From assembly GCF_000696425.1 (NCBI RefSeq), contig NW_007729415.1, positions 64,001-128,000 of the forward strand: 64,000 nucleotides of DNA. The letters run 5' to 3'. Below the pieces are notes generated by a model that did no database searches, was not told the origin of the DNA, and saw only the letters and a list, made by a program, of their open reading frames with translations. This DNA comes from Galeopterus variegatus (Eukaryota). Numbering within the stretch: the first letter of the stretch is position 1; every line of letters starts with the position of its first letter. The position numbers and the translations under genes were made by a program. Of this stretch, positions 1-11,547 are shown one piece after another.

Positions 1-284
1 TCTAAGAGAAAATACTGACAATATCTAAAACCGACTAGGAATTATTATCTAGAACAGACTTTCTCAACTGGGGTTCCTCACCTGAATCTCAACACCCAGC
101 AAATAATGTGAGTATTTTCTGAACTCTCCTAACGATGGTAGGTAAATAGTATCATTATAGATGCTTAGGAGAAAAGTTAATTTATTATGTCCAATACATA
201 GCCTACAGCATGTATAAACATGCCCTTATATAATAGGGTTTAATTCTCCCTAGGAACAAAACTTAAATATGCAAGGATCTCATC

Positions 285-1095
285 TCCTGCAAAGCAACAA
301 GAAAAAGAGAAGAAACTCAGTAGAAAATTTGGTAAGAAATATGCATAAGCAATTCACAGAAGGGAAAAAAACCAAAAGAAGCTAGTGAGTACATGAAAAG
401 ATGTTCAACCTCATTAGTAATCAGAGGTATGCAAATGAAAATGAGATCACTCTACACCCATCGGATTGCCAAAATTAGAAAGCTGGATGATGCCATGTGT
501 TGTTGAAGATACTATGCAGAAATGGGATCTTAGGCACTGCTGATCATGACTATAAAGTACTATAATCATTGGGGACAGCACTCTGGTATTTGCTGAAATT
601 TGATTGCATGTGTCCTGTGATCCAGCAACTGTACTCCCAGCTACAATCATGAAAAACTCTGGCACAAGACCATAAGGAGACATAGGATGCCCACAGTGGC
701 ACTGTTTGTGGGGCAGGAAGTGAGAAGCAATCAAGGTTTCCAGCCTCAGGGGAATGTATAAATAAAATATGGTGAATAAACATCATAAATTCCTACACAG
801 CCATTAGAAGCAAAGAACTAGATGTACACACAATAGCATGAACAGATCATGAAAAAAGTGTTGAATAAAAAAACTATGAAACAGAACACGATCTATAGCT
901 CAATGGCATTTATGGAAATTTAAAGTGCATACATACACAACACAATGCTTTAAGCTTTTCTAGGGTACAAACATAATCCAAGCATATGTATCAAAACATT
1001 AGAATTGTATGGGTGCCCCTGGGGAAAAGAGAAGTGGGCAGGGGATTGGGAATGAAGAAAAAAATATAATAAAAAGATCTGCATAGACTGGTGAT
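285..1095 (+). mobile_element. L1 (LINE-1) 3' fragment, ORF2 C-terminus plus 3'UTR, degenerate, in KCTD13 intron 2
   Basis: Plus-strand translation gives L1 ORF2 C-terminal-like peptides (…CSTSLVIREMQMK…, …HRMPTVALFVGQEV…) with stops. Confidence 0.6.
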
Positions 1096-1149
1096 GATTA
1101 AGTGCCACACACTGTGAAGTGTGCTGAGCTGTGTGGGGTGGGGATGCAA

Positions 1150-1310
1150 ATGGTCTCAGGGAAACCCAGAAAGGAGGAAGCTGGAGCACGGAAGCAAAGC
1201 AGTGCACCTGGGAGTCAGATATCCTGGGGTTGAGTCTGAGCTCTGCCTCTTAACGGCTCTTTGAACTTGGATGCATCATCCAACTTCCTCGTTGCTTTTT
1301 ATGACAAACA
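1150..1310. repeat. MIR-like SINE fragment
   Basis: …cacctgggagtcagatatcctggggttgagtctgagctctgcctcttaacggctctttgaacttgg… resembles the MIR core. Confidence 0.45.
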
Positions 1311-2113
1311 AGGGTACAAAAGGTACACACAAGCAGACAGCAGAATTGCTCCTGACACACAGTGGGTGTGCAATAACTCTAGCTAGATTTAAAACTATAG
1401 AGCAGGAACACACTTCCAAGATCTAGTTCAATGTTTTTCAAACTGCAAGTGGTGACCCATTAATGGGTCACAAAATAAGTTTAATGGGTTCCAAACACAG
1501 AAAGAAAAACTGTATCATGGTACATTTCACTAAAAGAATCATTATAAAACTCTTATTTCAGTTATATACATGAGTCTAAAATGAACTTATTTCCTGTGGG
1601 CTTCAGTCAGAAAGTTCGAAAAACATGGATATATTGTCCAAAGGAACTGTACATCTTTGTATTTCAAGAAGGAATAAATATTCCCTGAGATAAGAGGAAG
1701 TTGTTCAGAGTTGCCACTTTTTAATCTATGAAGGGCACCAAAAAAGAAATTTATAATCAACTATTTTATTGTATTATAAAAGAAAGGACATTTTAACATC
1801 GTAAAAGTAGAACAGAATAAAGGGATTTATGTAAAACTCACTACATTGTACTTATTTTTCTTGGTTCCCTATTTTTCGGAACATGAAGACAGAATGCCAG
1901 AGGTAGGAATTGACTCACTCAAGGTCACTCAATTGTGACAAAAGTGACACAAAGCCCCTATGTCCTGGTTGTACTTTCCAAGCTCTGCTCCTCAGAACCC
2001 TAAGAGATCCACAGAAGTGGAGCCTCGCGGGTGGGGCTCTGGAACCCCCAACCCTGTTTTATTGAGAGTAGTTCTGCTTCTATGAGATTTCATTTGAGAT
2101 AAGGATTTCACTG

Positions 2114-2118
<5 letters not shown>

Positions 2119-2150
<32 letters not shown>
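2119..2150 (+). repeat. A(31) homopolymer, probable retroposon tail
   Basis: Uninterrupted poly(A) run. Confidence 0.6.
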
Positions 2151-2151
<1 letters not shown>

Positions 2152-2611
2152 ATTAGAAGCCCCTGGGGGATGCGGGACCTGGGAGAATGCTGCCTCTGAG
2201 GATAGGACCAGATCATGGAGGTTATTATATTTCAATTTAGACTTTTTCTTCCCCTAGTGGCACTAGGGAGCTATTTAGGATTGCTGAGCAAGGGAGGGAA
2301 GAGATTGGTGTTGTGTTTAAGGATAATTACTCAGATAACAGTGTAACAGCCGGACTGGCTGGGTAGGTAGGAACTGCAAGCAGCAGAGAGCAGTTATTTA
2401 TTCAACAGTCCTGGCATGAGGTGGTGAGGGAGACCTGCCTGAGGCAGCATGGATGCAGAAGACAGTACCCAAAATTCTCTGGGGTTATGGCCAATCAGAG
2501 CCAGGCTCTCCAGGCCATACCCCATATCTCCTTTTTTCTGTCCTAATATTTAACTGTTTGGGCAGCTCTCTCAGGATCATAGGCATGGAGAAGAGGGAGG
2601 AAGACCTTCAC

Positions 2612-2781
2612 CTGCAGTGCCAGCTGGCAGTCCTCAATCAGGCCCTGTACCAGGTAGTAGCGCGCTTCACCTAGTAGCTCCCCCAGTTCTCTGGTACTCT
2701 CAGGCAGTGGCACGGACCCGTCCCGCAGGTAGTTGAGGATTGTACCAAAATGGCGGCCGCTCCGGTCGATCAGCACCCAAC
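2612..2781 (-). CDS. KCTD13: KCTD13 coding exon 2 (…[57 protein letters not shown])
   Basis: Minus-strand translation matches the human KCTD13 BTB domain. Acceptor ccaccag|GT, donor CAG|gtgaag. The phase is consistent with exon 1. Confidence 0.85.
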
Positions 2782-3262
2782 CTGGTGGGGAAAGCAGCGG
2801 GAAGAACGGCTTTGCTGGGGGCCCTGGAGCTACTAAATTTTTATGAAAAAAGGATTCCAAAGTCACGAGAAAGTCTGAATACTGATCTGTCTCAAACCTC
2901 TGCCACATCCAAGAAAATCCCTTTAAAACATCTCCGGTGAGTTCTCCCATAGGCTTTACACATACTCAACCTCAGAGAATAAATTCTCCCCAAATCTACT
3001 TTCTACGGTCAGGAGGCGCTCAACATAAGAAAGGTCTTACAGAATTACTTCATCAACAAACTTCTAACCCCTGGCGTTAAATTCTGACCATCCTATTTAA
3101 TTTAAATGTCTACTACCCCACCCACCTGTTCACTGCCATTTTAACCTTTATATTCTTCATAGAACTTATTACTATCTGAGACGATTATATATATTCTTGT
3201 TTGTTTGTTTACTTGCTTATTGGACTTCCCTACTCCCACCTCCCTAAAAAAAAGGAACTCCA

Positions 3263-3399
3263 GGGCCGAGCCCGTGGCGCACTCTGGAGAGTGCGGCCCT
3301 GGGAGCGCAGCAGCGCTCCCGCTGCGGGTTCGGATCCTATATAGGGATGGCCGGTGCGCTCACTGGCTGAGCCCGGTGCGGCCGGTCTCAAAAAAAAAA
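3263..3399 (+). mobile_element. tRNA-derived SINE, B-type, short copy
   Basis: gggccgagcccgtggcgcactctggagagtgcgg…ggatcctatatagggatggccggtgcgctcactggctgag then A9. Flanked by TSD aaaaaaaaggaactcca. Confidence 0.75.
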
Positions 3400-4256
3400 G
3401 GAACTCCATAAGGCTAATCTTGTCAGATTCATTTACCAAAGTATCTACTAACAGGTACTTTACAAATACTTATTGAATAAATTCTTCACCTTCAATATTT
3501 AAAGGCTGAGTTCCACCTCCCGAATTTTTATTTTCCTGCTCTCACAATCATTGTTAACTCCCTCTGAATTCCTCCCCCAACCCCACAAAAAAAAAAAATC
3601 TTTAAAGCCTCAGTTGGGATTGTGGGGCCCAAACTTGAATGCAACACTCCAAGAACGTAAGGTTCACCTGCCAAGGAGAACTGTCCACCCTCCACTCTTG
3701 GTGTCCCTGGCAAACCCAAGGCAGCCTTCTCCTTCTACAATCTGCATTTACAGATGGATTCCTAGAGTGTAAAGGGACCTGCGTTAAGGGAACACAGACA
3801 CAGAAAAGATCTCCCAGCTTTCCAGGCTGGCTGTTAGTGGTTTTGAGGCAGAGAGGGGAACAAAAGGCTGGGAACTTGGAAGAAACTGATGAAGGTTGCC
3901 TGGAAGGGTGCTGCTGGCAGCACGGAAGGCTCCCAAGTCTTTCGAGCTGAGGGGTGAAGTGTGGGAGAATAGTCATGAAGATTATGAAGTGACATGTTGA
4001 ATCACTTAACGCAGCACTCGGCAGAGTTAGGGGTTCCATAAATGCTGGTAATTGCTGGGGGGAAAGGATTGGGGGAGGAAGGAGATTATGAACGAGAAAG
4101 GGGAGATTAGATGGGATGTGGGGGCAGGGGGGAAGTGAGAATGAGTTAGTGAGACGACAGAAGAGGCATGAGGAGTCTGGGTGACGAAACACTGGGGGCA
4201 AAGGGAGTTGGGGATCTGGGGGATGGAGGACGGCACAAGTAGAGCGGCGCGTGTAC

Positions 4257-4500
4257 CTCCGGCGTCGGTGAGCACCTCCACGCGGCCGCTGAACATGGCC
4301 TTGAGCATAGTGTCCTGTCCCGTGAGGGTGCGCAGCGTGGTGTAGTGCAGCGAGCCGCCCACGTTTAGCTTCACGTACTTGCTGTTCGGGGTCAGAGGCT
4401 TGAGACCGTAGGCGGCGGAACCAGGCTCGAGACCCGAGGGCTTAGGGACTTCCAGCGACGGGGCCCCGGCTACCGCCGGGCCTGAGGCCTCGGCCGACAT
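4257..4500 (-). CDS. KCTD13: KCTD13 coding exon 1 ([82 protein letters not shown])
   Basis: ATG is the complement of 4498-4500 and the peptide matches the human KCTD13 N-terminus. Donor GGAG|gtacac at 4257/4256. The 336-aa ORF 4027..5037 is a GC-rich read-through of the 5'UTR and intron. Confidence 0.88.
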
Positions 4501-5350
4501 GCTAGGTGGCGGCAGCGGGCGGCGATCCCAGGCTCTCTCCGCGCCCTCTGGCCGGCTCCCCAAAGCCCCCGGACCCCAGACCTCAGGCCAGCCCGCTCGG
4601 CGCTCACGCCCACTCGTCGCCGCTACTCGGCAATACTGGCCCGCCGCCCCATCGCTCTCGCACCACCCGGAAACCGGCGCCGGGCAATTGCGCAGGCGCG
4701 TGCAGGCCCCACCCCTGACGGGGGGGGCGGTACTGCGCTGAGGAGCATGCGCAGTGGTCGCGGAGGGGGGCCAGTTGAGATGTCGCTTGCCGGCTGGGGT
4801 CGCTCTAACCGGGCGAGGTGCGCTTCTCTTGCGACACTTGGGGACCAGATGGAGGAAGCTCGCGCCTGCCCGATTTGAAAAGCGTAGTCCCCGACCTGTG
4901 ATTGGGTCTCTTCTCAGAGCGCTTTGCGGGCGTGGAGGGGAAGCTGAGGTCAAGAGAAGGGAGGCGTCCCTCCTCCCAGCCCCGCGCGCCTGGCCACCTG
5001 TGAGAACTGCGAAGTGCCAGGCCGGCCCGTGGCTCACTCGGGAGAGTGCGGTGCTGGTAACACCAAGGCCACGGGTTCGGATCCCATATAGGGATGGCCG
5101 GTTCGCTCACTGGCTGAGCGTGGTGCTGACAACACCAAGTCAAGGGTTAAGATCCCTTTACGAGTCATCTTTATATGGGATTAAAAAAAAAAAAAAAAAA
5201 AAGAACTGCGAAGTGCGGAGGGCAGCTCTTCAAGGAAGCCGAAGGCGGGTGGCTTCCCGGCAGTGGTGCTCGGGCGCCGAGCACTGGAGGCCTTTCTGAC
5301 GAGGGGCCGCTGAGACGCGGCGGTGCGGAGATGTGAGGAAGAGTGTGGCA
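4501..5350. promoter_or_regulatory. KCTD13: KCTD13 CpG-island promoter and 5'UTR
   Basis: Very high CpG and GC content. GC boxes (ccgcccc, gggcgg). NRF1-like gagcatgcgcag at 4743-4754. Confidence 0.7.
5019..5201 (+). mobile_element. tRNA-derived dimeric SINE (A-type) inserted in the KCTD13 upstream CpG island
   Basis: ggccggcccgtggctcactcgggagagtgcggtgctgg…gggttaagatcc… then A20. TSD agaactgcgaagtgc at 5003-5017 and 5202-5216. Confidence 0.85.
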
Positions 5351-6470
5351 AGAAGGGGGAAGGGCAGACCAAGAAGACCCTCAGGCAGGAACACGGGCGA
5401 AGGAGCAGAAAGAATGTCAGGGGGGCTGCAGAAAGAACGTCAGGGGGGCCGCAGCAGCTGAGCAAAAGTTCCAGAATCTCAGCTAATGTCACGAGACGTC
5501 GCACCCAACCCCGAAAGAAAGAAGAAATAAGTTAGGACTCGTTGACGAGAAGTATTTTAATCTAACCCAACCTGCATCCAGTTTAGAGGCTGATACATCA
5601 GAGATATAATAATTTACTTCGTGTATAGCGGGGGTGGGGGTTGCTGGAGGGAAAACCAAAGACGGAGTCAGAGTTCTAGTTTTAACCCTGCCAGCTGGGA
5701 GATCCTAGGCAAGGCACATCTCTCTGGGCTTGGTTGTCCTTTTCTGCTTAGCGAGGGGTGCAAATTTAAATGCCTGCAGGGAACAGGTAAGAGAGTAAAT
5801 GAGTGAAGTGGACCAGTTTTAAGGTATTGGGGAGAAAGGGGACTATGGTGATCTGGAGAGCTCATGTTCTACCAAAGGGGTTGCCAATTCTGATTTTTCA
5901 AGTGTAGTGGTGAAAAAGAGAAAAGCAGCTACTGGCAACTGGGAGCTGGTTTGCACTCTCCCCAGAAGCCTTGGTGTTGCTAAGAGCTGGCCTGGCATCA
6001 ACAGTGAGGCTGTCATGTTGTCCTGCTGAGCATAAACTATTTCACAAAACACCAATATCAGACAAGATCACTTTCTATAACTGACGGAACAACAAAAAGA
6101 CCATTCCATAATCATGTCTAAACACAAAAACAAGAACATTGTCCAAACCACAAAAATGACCAAGCCGAAGCCCCTGTCCCATAGTATAAATGACTGCTGC
6201 TGCTTTACCCCAAACAGCTTTAGTCCTGATTCATTCCTCCCATCTTCTAGATAAGAATTGTTAAGATAATCAAAAAAATTCTCCCTGCTTCCTGAAAGCA
6301 TCCAACCTACAGCAAATCTCTCCCTTTCTTGAACCCTCCTAGGAAATCACCTAACGCAAGCCCAAATCCTGTGATAAGTCCTTCCTAACATGAACTTCCG
6401 GAGATGTCCATGATTCCCCCTTGGATGAACTTGCTGAGATGTCTGTGGTGTCTGATCTTCCTTGTTCAAC

Positions 6471-7026
6471 TACAGTTGCATTTCTTTTTTTTTTTTTTTT
6501 TTTTTTAAAGATGACCGGTAAGGGGATCTTAACCCTTGACTTGGTGTTGTTAGCACCACGCTCAGCCAGTGAGCGAACCGGCCATCCCTATATGGGATCC
6601 GAACCCGGGGCCTTGGTGTTATCAGCACCGCACTCTCCCGAGTGAGCCACGGGCCGGCCCTACAGTTGCATTTCTTTTTTTTTTTTTTTAAAGATGACCG
6701 GGAAGGGGATCTTAACCCTTGACTTGGTGTTGTTAGCACCACGCTCAGCCAGTGAGCGAACCGGCCATCCCTATATGGGATCCGAACCCGGGGCCTTGGT
6801 GTTATCAGCACCGCACTCTCCCGAGTGAGCCACGGGCCGGCCCTACAGTTGCATTTCTTTTTTTTTTTTTTTAAAGATGACCGGGAAGGGGATCTTAACC
6901 CTTGACTTGGTGTTGTTAGCACCACGCTCAGCCAGTGAGCGAACCGGCCATCCCTATATGGGATCCGAACCCGGGGCCTTGGTGTTATCAGCACCGCACT
7001 CTCCCGAGTGAGCCACGGGCCGGCCC
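6471..7026 (-). repeat. Tandem triplication (units about 190, 183 and 183 bp) of an A-type dimeric SINE together with one copy of its TSD
   Basis: Unit = tacagttgcatttc + T(n) + SINE body. Copies 2 and 3 are identical (ccgggaagggg) and differ from copy 1 (ccggtaagggg). tacagttgcatttc also flanks the array at 6470 and 7027. Confidence 0.85.
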
Positions 7027-8301
7027 TACAGTTGCATTTCTGGTAGTCTTTGGCTGGAGGGTGATGTCAGAAATGGAGAATCCACAGAGATTCAGCTGAA
7101 GCCCTTACTGCCTTGGACTGAGACCCTTGACTGTAGTAATTATGTGCAAATTTGAAACCCCCGTGTCTGTTTGAGGTGCCATCCTGCCCATGACTGGGAG
7201 GTAAGTTCTCTCTAAAAGGAGCTGATGTTTTGTTAAGACCCTTAAGCATTTTTTTTTTTTAAATCTCTTAGAATAAGGTCCCCCTGGACTTTTTGGTTAT
7301 CTGATGAGATTTTTATTTTTCATTGGTTAAATTGTTTTTTTGGCCTTCTCCACCTGTTCTTATGGTCTGTCTCCTTGTCTAATGTTTAGAGTGTTGTTTC
7401 TCTAGAAGAGGGAAAGTCTATGTGGACAGGACAGGAGTGTAGCCCTGGATGTCTAAGGGCATCACAAGCCTATTACTCTCAATCTCTGGTGACTGCACAC
7501 TACTTCTCCCTCTAAGAAGTTGGGAGCACCAACTGCAGCTTGTTAGCATCCCAGGGGTTCATTCGTTATCAGAATAAATCAGAAAAATGCTTCATCAACC
7601 AAGGGCCAGTAAGTCTGTCCTACAGCCAGATGCCAAGGCTGTATGAGAAGGTATTTTCAGACCAGTGTCCTTTGGATAAACTTTACCCGAGGTCACTATT
7701 TCAAAACCTTTATAAGGACTTCTTTCTCAGTTTTGTCTGTATCTCTGCGAACTGCTTTGTTTCATTTCTCCTCTGCAGAATCAGGAGGTTTTCTCTGGCC
7801 TCTGATCAGTGATGATCATCTTTGGCCAAGTTCTGGGTATACAAAGTTGCACAAGCACCATCCTTATGGATCCTCATCTCAACTAAAACTGGGCCAAAGA
7901 CCTGTTCCAATGTTTTCTCACAGTTAGACTAACTTGAACCCTCGTCTCTCTAAATGATGCAATTTCACCAAGGACAGTTGGGAATTAGAGTAGCTATTTG
8001 GGGGAACTTTTGATAAGAATAAGATTGTTCATTTGGGAGTCACCTCAGAACAAGAAGGGAAGAAACCCTCGTGAGGAGATTCTTCGTCTTTGTCAGAAAT
8101 AGAGATTATTTTGTTTAACATTGGCAATATTTCATTTTCCCTCTCCTTGCAAAGGGAACTTACTTTTAGCCTTTTGGAGTGATACTTTCATATTTGTCTG
8201 AAGTAGCTCTCTCTCATGTTTCTTGCTGTCCATTTTCCTCTCTTTTTCCCCCTTGTCTTGGAAAGCTGTAAAGATTAACTAATCAAAAAATTGTTCAGTT
8301 C

Positions 8302-8481
8302 GGGCCGGCCCGGTGGCGCACTGGAGAGTGCGCCACTTGGGAGTGCAGCGGCGGTCCCGCCGAGGGTTCAGATCCCATGTGGAGACCGGTTCCCGCTCAC
8401 TGGCTGAACGCGGTGTGGGCGCAACACTGAGGGTTGTGATCCCGTTACCGGTCAGTAAAAAAGACAAAAAGGAAAAAAAAA
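8302..8481 (+). mobile_element. tRNA-derived SINE, B-type dimer
   Basis: gggccggcccggtggcgcactggagagtgcgccacttgggagtgcagcggcggtcccgccgagggttcagatccc…gtcagtaaaaaagacaaaaaggaaaaaaaaa. TSD aaaattgttcagttc. Confidence 0.85.
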
Positions 8482-8743
8482 ATTGTTCAGTTCTATGTTC
8501 AGTTCTATGCATACTCCAAAGAAATCTGGTCCAGTTAAACAGTTAGAAATGTTTAAAAGAAATAAAAAGTTATTAAAATATACTGGCCAGCTGCAAAATA
8601 AATAAATAAATAAATAAGTTTGCTTTTTGGACACTAAAAAGTATATTTATGTAATAGCCTTTGTTATTTTAGTTACCAGATAAGAAAAGACCTTAATTCT
8701 AAGATAAAAGAGGAGCTTTTGGCATGATGCAGTTCTTTACATA

Positions 8744-8905
8744 TTTTTTTTTTTTTTTGACCAGTAAGGAGATTGCAACCCTCGGTGCAGTGTGGTCTGC
8801 ACCATGCTCAGCCAGTGAGTGCACCAGCCATCCCCATATAAGATCTGAACCTGTGGCCTCAGCGCATAGCGCTGCACTCTGCTGGGTGAGCCACGGGGCT
8901 GGCCC
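8744..8905 (-). mobile_element. tRNA-derived SINE, divergent C-type, intermediate between A and B
   Basis: T15 then gaccagtaaggagattgcaaccctcggtg…gagccacggggctggccc. TSD cagttctttacat. Confidence 0.75.
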
Positions 8906-9587
8906 AGTTCTTTACATTTTAATTTGCCATGTAAACATAATGCCAACACAATATTTTGATTTGTACAAGATCAGGGTTAATTTTCTCATGATTTAGATAA
9001 ACATTCTCAATTTTTATGTTGATTTTATGAGTTAAATAAATAATCATAATTTTCATATATTATTCAAATTAAACCAAAAAATATATAGTTATATTTAAAA
9101 GGAATGATGAGTGTCTTTTTTAATACCTTTGAAGGTTTAATTTTGTAAACTATTTACAATGTTACAAATCATAAGGATTTAATGTGTTAGCTAAAATTGT
9201 AATTTTCAGATCCTTAATAAATTTTAAGATCTTAGTCAAATGATTAAGTTAATTAACAAATAATCTTTAGATGCCTGGACAGTTTCTGCATAAGAAACAA
9301 ATATGAAACATTGGCCATGAGGGCCACTCCCTTGTTAATGCAATTAGGCCCTTTAAAGAGAGTCTTCATGCAGTCTTTGGTGAGCCTGCCCTTCTGCCTT
9401 CTGCCATGTGAGGATGCAGCAAGATTGCCCTCACCAGATCAAATGCTAGTGTCTTGATCTTGGACTTTCCATCCTCCAGAACAGTGAGAAAATAATTTCT
9501 GTTCCTTACAAATTACCCAGTTTGTGGTATTCTGATATACCAGCACAAATGGACTAAGACAATCTAAAAGCTAATATTATTATAACC

Positions 9588-9812
9588 TTAGTTTTGTTTT
9601 GTTTTCTTCTTTGGCGGTTGGCTAGTATAGGGATCTGAACCTGACGTTGGTGTTATAAGGCTGTGGTCTACCAACTGAGCTAACTAGCCAGCCCCCCCAC
9701 ACCCCTTTTCTTTTTTTTTTTTTTTGATGGCTGGCTGGCTGGTATGGGGATCTGACCTTTGACCTTGGTGTTATAACATTATGCTCTAACCAACTGAGCT
9801 AACCAGCCAGCC
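9588..9812 (-). mobile_element. Two monomeric tRNA-like SINEs joined by a C/T-rich linker inside one TSD pair (in-situ dimer)
   Basis: Monomers at 9614-9693 and 9727-9812 (…ccaactgagctaac(t/c)agccagcc). Flanks ttataaccttagtttt (9575-9590) and ttataactttggtttg (9813-9828). Confidence 0.7.
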
Positions 9813-10261
9813 TTATAACTTTGGTTTGTGACTCCACACTTTGTTTTCTAAATAATTTAAGACACTAATTCACTTAAAAGAATTATTAGTTTATTTTGGG
9901 GGAGCATACAATGTATAAGGATGTAATTTTGTGATATCGACAACTGAAAGATGTGACAACAGAGCTGTAAAGTAACAGAGTTTTTGTATGTTATTGAAGT
10001 TTAAACTGGTATAAATTTAAATTAGAGTGTTCTGACTTTAGGATGTTAAATGTAATCCTCCTGGTAACCACAAATAAAGTAGCTATTAAATATGTACAAA
10101 AGGAAATGAGAAAGGAATTTAAACAATTCACTTCAAAAAATAAACTAAACACAAAAGACAGCAATGTAGGAAATGAGAGACAAAAAAACTATAAGGCATA
10201 TAGAAAACAAATAACAAAATGACAGAAGTCCTTCCTTATCAGTAATTACTTTTTAAAAAAA

Positions 10262-10347
10262 TTTCTGGCAGCTGGCCAGTAAGGGGATCCAAACCCTTGA
10301 CCTTGGTGTTACAGCACTGCTTGAACCAACTGAGCTAACTAGCCACC
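10262..10347 (-). mobile_element. Monomeric tRNA-like SINE
   Basis: ggcagctggccagtaaggggatccaaacccttgaccttggtgttacagcactgcttgaaccaactgagctaactagccacc. TSD taattacttt. Confidence 0.75.
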
Positions 10348-10890
10348 TGATAATTACTTTAAATGTAAATGATCAAATTCTGTGTAATCAAAAGACAGAG
10401 ATTAGCAGAATGGGATAAGAACACATGATCCAACTGTATGCTGTCTACAAGAGACGCACTTTAGATCTAAAGACACAAATAAATTGAAAGTAAAGGATGG
10501 AAAAAGATATTTTGCAAAAAGTAACCATAAGAGAGCAGGTGTGCTATAATAATGTAGAAATTGCATAAAAGAAATTGCAAAATTACATAAAAGAAATTGC
10601 AAAATTACATAAAAGAAATTGCAAGAAAAAAGGACATAATATATTAGTAAAAGGTTCAATATAGCAAGAAGATATAGCAATTATAAGCATTTATGTACCT
10701 CATAACAGACCATCACAATATATCAAGTAAAAACTGACAGAATTGAAGGGAGAAATAGTTCTATAATAAAAGTTAGAGACTTCAACATCTCTCTCTCTTT
10801 TTGTTTCTTTTGGCAGCTGCATGGTATTTGATGTCTCATTATTTTGTATTGCATTTCTTTGGGTTTTATTTGTTTGTTCATTTTTTGTTT

Positions 10891-11168
10891 TTGGAGGCTA
10901 ACCAGCAAGGGGATCTGAACCCTTGACCTTGGTGTTATTTTTTTTATTTTTTATTTTTTTAAAAGATGACTGGTAAGGGGATCTCAACCCTTTGGCTTGG
11001 TGTTGTCAGCACCACGCTCAGCCAGTGAGCAAACCGGCCATCCCTATATAGGATCCGAACCCGTGGCCTTGGTGTTATCAGCACCGCACTCTACCGAGTG
11101 AGCCACGGGCTGGCCTGACCTTGGTGTTATAAAGCAGTGCTCTAACCATATGAGCTAACTAGCCAGCC
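10891..11168 (-). mobile_element. Monomeric SINE split by a nested insertion of an A-type dimeric SINE (dimer at 10939-11115)
   Basis: Monomer halves at 10891-10938 and 11131-11168. The dimer carries TSD tgaccttggtgttat (10924-10938 and 11116-11130), which is monomer sequence. Confidence 0.85.
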
Positions 11169-11547
11169 TCATTCTCAATAATGGATAGAACAATTAAACA
11201 GAAGGTAAGTAAAGAAACAGAGAAATTACACAAAGCAATAAACCAACTAGATCTAACAGATATATATATAGAACACTGTACTCAACAATAGCATATTTAT
11301 TCTTCTCAAGTACAGATAGGATATTTCCCAGGATAGACCATATATTAGGCTACAGATTAAGTCTCAGTAGATTTAAAAATATAGATGTCATGCAAAGTAT
11401 CTTCTCCAACCACAATGGGATGAAGTTGGAAGTTAATCACAGAAGTAAAACTGGAAAATTCACAAATTTGTGGACATTAAACAACACAGTCTTAAACAAC
11501 CAATGGATCAAAGAAGACCTCACAGGGTGTTTTAGTCTGTTTTGTAT

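Noticed and set aside
4027-5037. 336-aa minus-strand ORF that could be mistaken for a large protein
   Set aside because: Only its last 82 codons (from the ATG at 4500) are KCTD13 exon 1. The upstream 179 codons are an open frame through the GC-rich 5'UTR and promoter, which is typical of CpG islands.
6470-6994. 174-aa minus-strand ORF with an internally repeated peptide
   Set aside because: It is a translation of the tandemly triplicated SINE. The same SINE-derived peptide motifs (…[29 protein letters not shown]…) recur in dozens of unrelated ORFs across the window.
6470-7040. Regularly spaced direct repeats resembling a CRISPR array
   Set aside because: This is a eukaryotic locus. The units are 183-190 bp complete SINEs with poly-T and TSD, not 25-50 bp repeat-spacer units.
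8313-8546. ORFs inside B-type SINEs on both strands (also 17261-17509 and 25876-26145)
   Set aside because: The SINE body is GC-rich and stop-poor. The same peptides repeat at every copy.
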